From contig NW_003314285.1 in NCBI RefSeq assembly GCF_000143415.4, positions 771,370 through 835,369 on the forward strand: a stretch of DNA of 64,000 nt. Direction: 5' to 3'. Position 1 is the stretch's first letter. Each line of letters starts with the position of its first letter. Source of the DNA: Selaginella moellendorffii (Eukaryota; Plantae; Lycopodiophyta). Shown piece after piece: positions 59,656 through 64,000 of this stretch. Under the pieces are notes generated by a model, which was not told the DNA's origin, ran no database searches, and saw nothing but the letters and a program-made list of their open reading frames with translations. The position numbers and the translations under genes were made by a program.

Positions 59656-61143
59656 ATGGAGATCGAGAATGGCGGAAAGGAGGTACTTTGTCCATTTGAT
59701 CTTACGAGTGCCCAGAATGCTTGCTCGTGTTTCTTTCTAGCTTTGCGATTCGACGCTTGTGGATCCGAGCTATGTCATCCATCTTATTCGCGAGATGATT
59801 CCTCAAAGCTCTTGTGATGAATTCGATGCAAGAGAAGACACTGCAAAGGATGATCCAAGCGCAGAAGCTGGCTGTGTTTTGTGGGACTTGGCAGCGAACG
59901 ATTCCCTTGCGAGGCTCATGGTTAGTTTTCGTCCATTCCTCCCGTGTGTTTCCTTTAGTTCTTGTTTATTTTTCTCGTGAAGTGATTCGGTGTACAGGTC
60001 GATAACTACATCCTCGATGTCATACTGGGTATTTTGCAAGCACCAAAGTCTGATAGAATCCGGGTTTGGTTTTTTCTTTTTTCTTTTTTCTTTTTGTTTT
60101 GAGATTTGAATAGCTCGTAAACCAAATTTCTGACAGGAGATTTGCCTGGGAATTCTTGGAAACTTGGCGTTTCACGAGGAACTCAGTGGAGTCATTGCTG
60201 AGAATCGAGAATTGCTATCCACAGTGGTGCTGCAGCTCTTTGTCACAGACGCTCAAACTCTAGTAGAAACATGCAGGCAAGGGTTCTCAAGAAACGCTAC
60301 TTTGGCCTGCGTTATAACTCATGCTCTTGTTTCACAGGTTGATCAACGTTGGGCTACACAGCAAGCAAATGGAGTACTGGATTGGCGAGATAAACACGCA
60401 AGAGACCCTGGAGCACATACTTTGGATTGCAGAGAATACGCTCAATGAGCAGCTGGTAGAGAAAGTTTTGGAGCTCCTGCTCACGATGGTGGACAGCGAG
60501 AAGAAAACGGCCGCGGTGTTTCTTCCGGGCCTTGTCAAGTCGGGCATTGTGAGCCTGCTAGCAAAACTCACGACCTCCCAAGTCGAGGGGATCACGCAAG
60601 GCAGCATTTTGACTGGGTAGGCAAATTGGTTCTTACAAGTTTATAGATCCGTTTTTAACCCTTTTGTTCTTGACAGAAATGTTCTTGAGTCTTTGCTTCA
60701 AGTCGCTCTCGAGGTATCTCTCTCGGTTGAGTTCTCCGGATCCATCGCGGACGACAATGAACTGACAGCCGCAGTCTTTCAAGTTGTCCACCTTTCTTGG
60801 AAGGACGAAGTAGTTCTTTTGAGATTTTTCTTCCCCGTTTGATCGACTGGTTTGATTGCAGGTCGGAGTGGCAGCAGTAACGGCGATGGTCTTGGTTGCC
60901 AACCTTTTTTCGCAGAAGCCAGCCCTTGCCAAGGAAGTTTGCGAAGGTAAAATCATCGACTCAAACGTTTCCTTCTGAGATATTTCTCTGTTTTTCTCAG
61001 ATGCTGGTTTTATGGAGCGCTTGCTAGCTCTCAAGCCTCTAACTGAGGACGACGACGCTGCCTCCAATGCTCTCTCGAGTATCATCCAGAGAATCGAACA
61101 ACAGAAGCGGGAAAGTATCTTAGAGGCTCAAAGAATTCGATAG
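59656..61143 (+). CDS. SAAL1-like ARM-repeat protein, multi-exon
   Basis: VDPSYVIHLIR, GCVLWDLAAN, EICLGILGNLAFHE, TLVETCR and ILWIAENTLN. Confidence 0.8.
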
Positions 61144-63234
61144 CACGACAAAGGCAGCAGGATGGCGAGGCTCCAGGTCGAGCACTCTTCGAGCAGCTCT
61201 CCTCGCCAACTCCATATCGCCATGAACTCCACAAGCCGAGAGAAGCGACGTCCACATTGCAGCACTCGCAGCAACCGGCATGGCCCTTCGCAAACCCAGC
61301 AAAAACTCTTCGGCCTCAGCGAGCTTCCCAGCTCGGCCCAGAAGATCAACCACGCAGCCGTAGTGCTCCTCCTTGACCGCCAAACGCTTGTCCTCCACCA
61401 GCGCCGCGAAGAACTTGCAACCATCCTCCAGAAGCCCGGCGTGGCTGCAAGCCAGGAGAAGTCCCACGTAAGTCAGGCTATCGGGTTCCACTCCCTCGAG
61501 CTGCATTTCCCGGACCAAGCTCGGAGCTCGGCCACTGAATCCGTGCTGTGCGTGCCCTGCTATCAGCGCATTCCAGGTAGCCGAGTTCCTTCTCCCAGCC
61601 ATGGTGCTGAAAACTTTGTATGCTTCCTCCAGGCTGCCACACTTGGAGTACATGTCGACGAGAGCGCTGGCGACGATCACGTCCGAGTGGAGTCCTCGCT
61701 GCCGGATCTGTTCGTGGAGGCGGCGGCCGAGTGGGAGAGCCGAGGCTGTGACGCAGGCAGCGAGAGTGGTGATGAAAGTGATCCGGTCAGGCTTAAGTTC
61801 CATCCGGTGGAAGAAGATCTCGAGTGCCGTGGAGGAGTCGGCGTTGTCGACGTGAGCCGCGATGAGAACGTTCCAAGCGACGAGGTCCGGCTCGGGGATA
61901 CGCTGGAAAGCTGCGGTGGCGGCGTCGAGGCGGCGGGACTTTGAGTAGAAGTTGACGAGCGCGGTGGCGACGATAGTATCGGTTTCCAAGCTCGACTCGG
62001 AGATGATCCCGTGAAGAGCTCGGCCAGTGGAGAAATCTTCCAGAGCTGTGCAAGCATCGATCGTGGACACGAAAGTTATGGCGTCGGATGGGACTCCTTG
62101 GAGCTGCATGGTCCGGAAGAGCAGCAGAGCGTCCGAGAAGTCGTGGTTTTGGACGAGAGCTGCGATAATCGCGTTCCAAACTACCGGATTTCTTTCATGG
62201 CAATGGAAGTTCTCGTGGAAGATGTCTCGAGCATGCGCGACGCTTCCACACTTCGCAAACATGGTGACGAGAGAAGTGGCGAGCACGGCGTCGTAGATCA
62301 AAGTTCTTCCACCTCCGAGCTCGCGCGCACAGCGATGGAGGAGCTCTCCATCGCGCAGCGGCGATGGAGCGGCCAGTCCAGACGCGAGGTTGACGAAGGT
62401 GGTGGCGTCGGCTTTGATCCCTTCGAGCATCATCGCGTGAAACATTGCCAGAGGATGGAGACGATCGAGCTGAGAGTGCGCAGAGATCATCACGTTCCAG
62501 CTCACGACGTTCTTGCTTTGGATCCTTGCGAAGGCCAGCCGAGCTCGATCGAGATCCCGGCAGCGAGCATACATGTTTACGATCGAGTTCCCGACCGCCA
62601 CCGAGCTCTCGTCCATCGCGCTCTCCATCGCCAGAGAATGGACCGCCCTCGCGTCTGTGGAGCTCTCCTGGAAGATCGAGAGCACCGCGACGAGCGTGAT
62701 GGCGTTTGGATGGATCCCGTCCAGCTGCATCCTCCGGAAGAGATCCAGGGCTTCGTGGGATCGATTGGAGTGAGAGGTGGCCGTGATGATCGCGTTCCAG
62801 GCGATGAGATCCTTGCGAGCGATGGCCGTGAAGGCGGCCTTTGCGCGATCAAGGCTGCCGGATCTGGCGAAAGTGGTGAGGAGCGCGGTGCCAAGGACGG
62901 AGTCTCGGTGAAGGCCCAGATCGATGATCCACTGGTGGATGCGATCGCCCAGGTGGATGGAGTGGAGAGCCGTGCAGGCTGAGAGGATCTCGACGAGGGT
63001 GATGCGATTGGGGGGGATTCCATCGGCTTGCATTTGCCGCAAGAGGGTGAATGCTGCAGAGGGGTCGTTGCTGCGAGCGTAGGCTCCGATGAGGGCCGTG
63101 TACATTGCGACTGTGGTGGATGAGGGCAGGGGCTGTGCGGCGTGGCGAGTGAGGAGGATGTGGCGGGCCTGAGAGAGGTGGCCGCAGCGAAGGTGGGATT
63201 CGAATGTGAATGCCGGCCATGGCAGCTTTGGCAT
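61120..63234 (-). CDS. PLS/E-class pentatricopeptide repeat protein
   Basis: PLS triplets and an E domain (HYGCVVDLLGRAG...LEPRHPAAFVVLSN). Intronless, no DYW domain. Confidence 0.93.
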   Translation of the reverse strand: MPKLPWPAFTFESHLRCGHLSQARHILLTRHAAQPLPSSTTVAMYTALIGAYARSNDPSAAFTLLRQMQADGIPPNRITLVEILSACTALHSIHLGDRIHQWIIDLGLHRDSVLGTALLTTFARSGSLDRAKAAFTAIARKDLIAWNAIITATSHSNRSHEALDLFRRMQLDGIHPNAITLVAVLSIFQESSTDARAVHSLAMESAMDESSVAVGNSIVNMYARCRDLDRARLAFARIQSKNVVSWNVMISAHSQLDRLHPLAMFHAMMLEGIKADATTFVNLASGLAAPSPLRDGELLHRCARELGGGRTLIYDAVLATSLVTMFAKCGSVAHARDIFHENFHCHERNPVVWNAIIAALVQNHDFSDALLLFRTMQLQGVPSDAITFVSTIDACTALEDFSTGRALHGIISESSLETDTIVATALVNFYSKSRRLDAATAAFQRIPEPDLVAWNVLIAAHVDNADSSTALEIFFHRMELKPDRITFITTLAACVTASALPLGRRLHEQIRQRGLHSDVIVASALVDMYSKCGSLEEAYKVFSTMAGRRNSATWNALIAGHAQHGFSGRAPSLVREMQLEGVEPDSLTYVGLLLACSHAGLLEDGCKFFAALVEDKRLAVKEEHYGCVVDLLGRAGKLAEAEEFLLGLRRAMPVAASAAMWTSLLSACGVHGDMELARRAARRVLDLEPRHPAAFVVLSNSLSL

Positions 63235-64000
63235 TTTGTTGTCGCTGCTTTCATCTTTTCAAGTCATCCATCTGCTACTTCAACCTTAAGAAAAGGAAAC
63301 ACTTCAAATTAGTCCTATCTATCTATTTATCTGTAATGCTGTATTCATTGAGGCATTTGTTACGAGTGGATGTTAAAGTGATTTGTTAGTTTTTTATTCT
63401 TTCTATATTTACACTATATGTAGTTTCCATAAAATCTATTAAAATTATAAAGCAAGTATGAAGCAACTATCACATATATTAAAAACTTACAATTACGTAT
63501 TTACTACCATGATAAAGATGGTTGGTGAATGATTGAGCTGTATGTCTTTAAATGCAAAATATTAGATATTATCATATAGTTCAAAGTGTATTTATGAATA
63601 TTAAATAAATTATACCCACTAAAAATCAGATATCAATTACTTTGTAAAAAGATTTATTTTCATTTTGGTTTTTGCTTTTCTTAGTTATCACTGACTTGAA
63701 TTTGGGCTTAGAATTGTCCTTTGATAAGGCTGACCTGTGCAAGCGAGGAGGACTGATTCTATAGCAATGAAAAAGGAGGAGCAAAGAATTCGAATCACTG
63801 TATAGAGCAACTTCACAAGCTCTTTCCTACTGACGGCAGGACGATCCTTGTCTCTCCCGAATGTGTTACAGTACAAAGAATATTTACATTAGAAAGGGAC
63901 AAGGCACTGTTTTTCTCCTCTGAAGTGTTTCTCAAAAGACCATTGCCGCTCATTTGCTTTCTTCAAATTGCTGTAATTGGCGTACCTTGTCTGATGTTGT

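Noticed and set aside
61162-63254. Long alternative-frame and antisense ORFs over PPR genes (also 30116-31509 and 45330-47114)
   Set aside because: Shadow ORFs of GC-rich coding sequence.
63688-64000. Possible exons at the window end
   Set aside because: Truncated and unidentifiable.

Overview
Eukaryotic plant genomic DNA with two N gaps. It is most probably the lycophyte Selaginella moellendorffii, inferred from very short introns, dense gene packing, PLS-class PPR genes and a microbial-type terpene synthase. The left ~28 kb is repeat-rich. A ~3.4 kb block (Rab-GGTase beta pseudogene, intronless root-type FNR, unknown gene) is duplicated at ~18.4-23.3 kb. The decayed copy carries an intact, intronless microbial terpene synthase-like gene (MTPSL, 19964-21067) plus three decayed MTPSL fragments, one of them inverted. 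This region also holds a complete non-autonomous LTR retrotransposon (9300-16545; TSD, PBS and PPT visible), older LTR relics, a decayed tRNA-Val(AAC) and a 94-bp mini-LTR containing a tRNA T-arm. From ~27.8 to 54.3 kb is a dense gene island: GONST1-type GDP-mannose transporter, PPRs, BAP31, BRCA1, a truncated eIF5, a GT31 Hyp-galactosyltransferase, MPB2C, a 7TM protein like RGS1 but lacking an RGS box, NAPRT, GDPD4, a Crypton/DUF3504-like gene and a PAXX-like gene. An AT-rich spacer with a MITE follows, then SAAL1-like and PPR genes whose 3' ends appear to overlap. All family assignments come from motif recognition by eye; no searches were run and exon boundaries are approximate.
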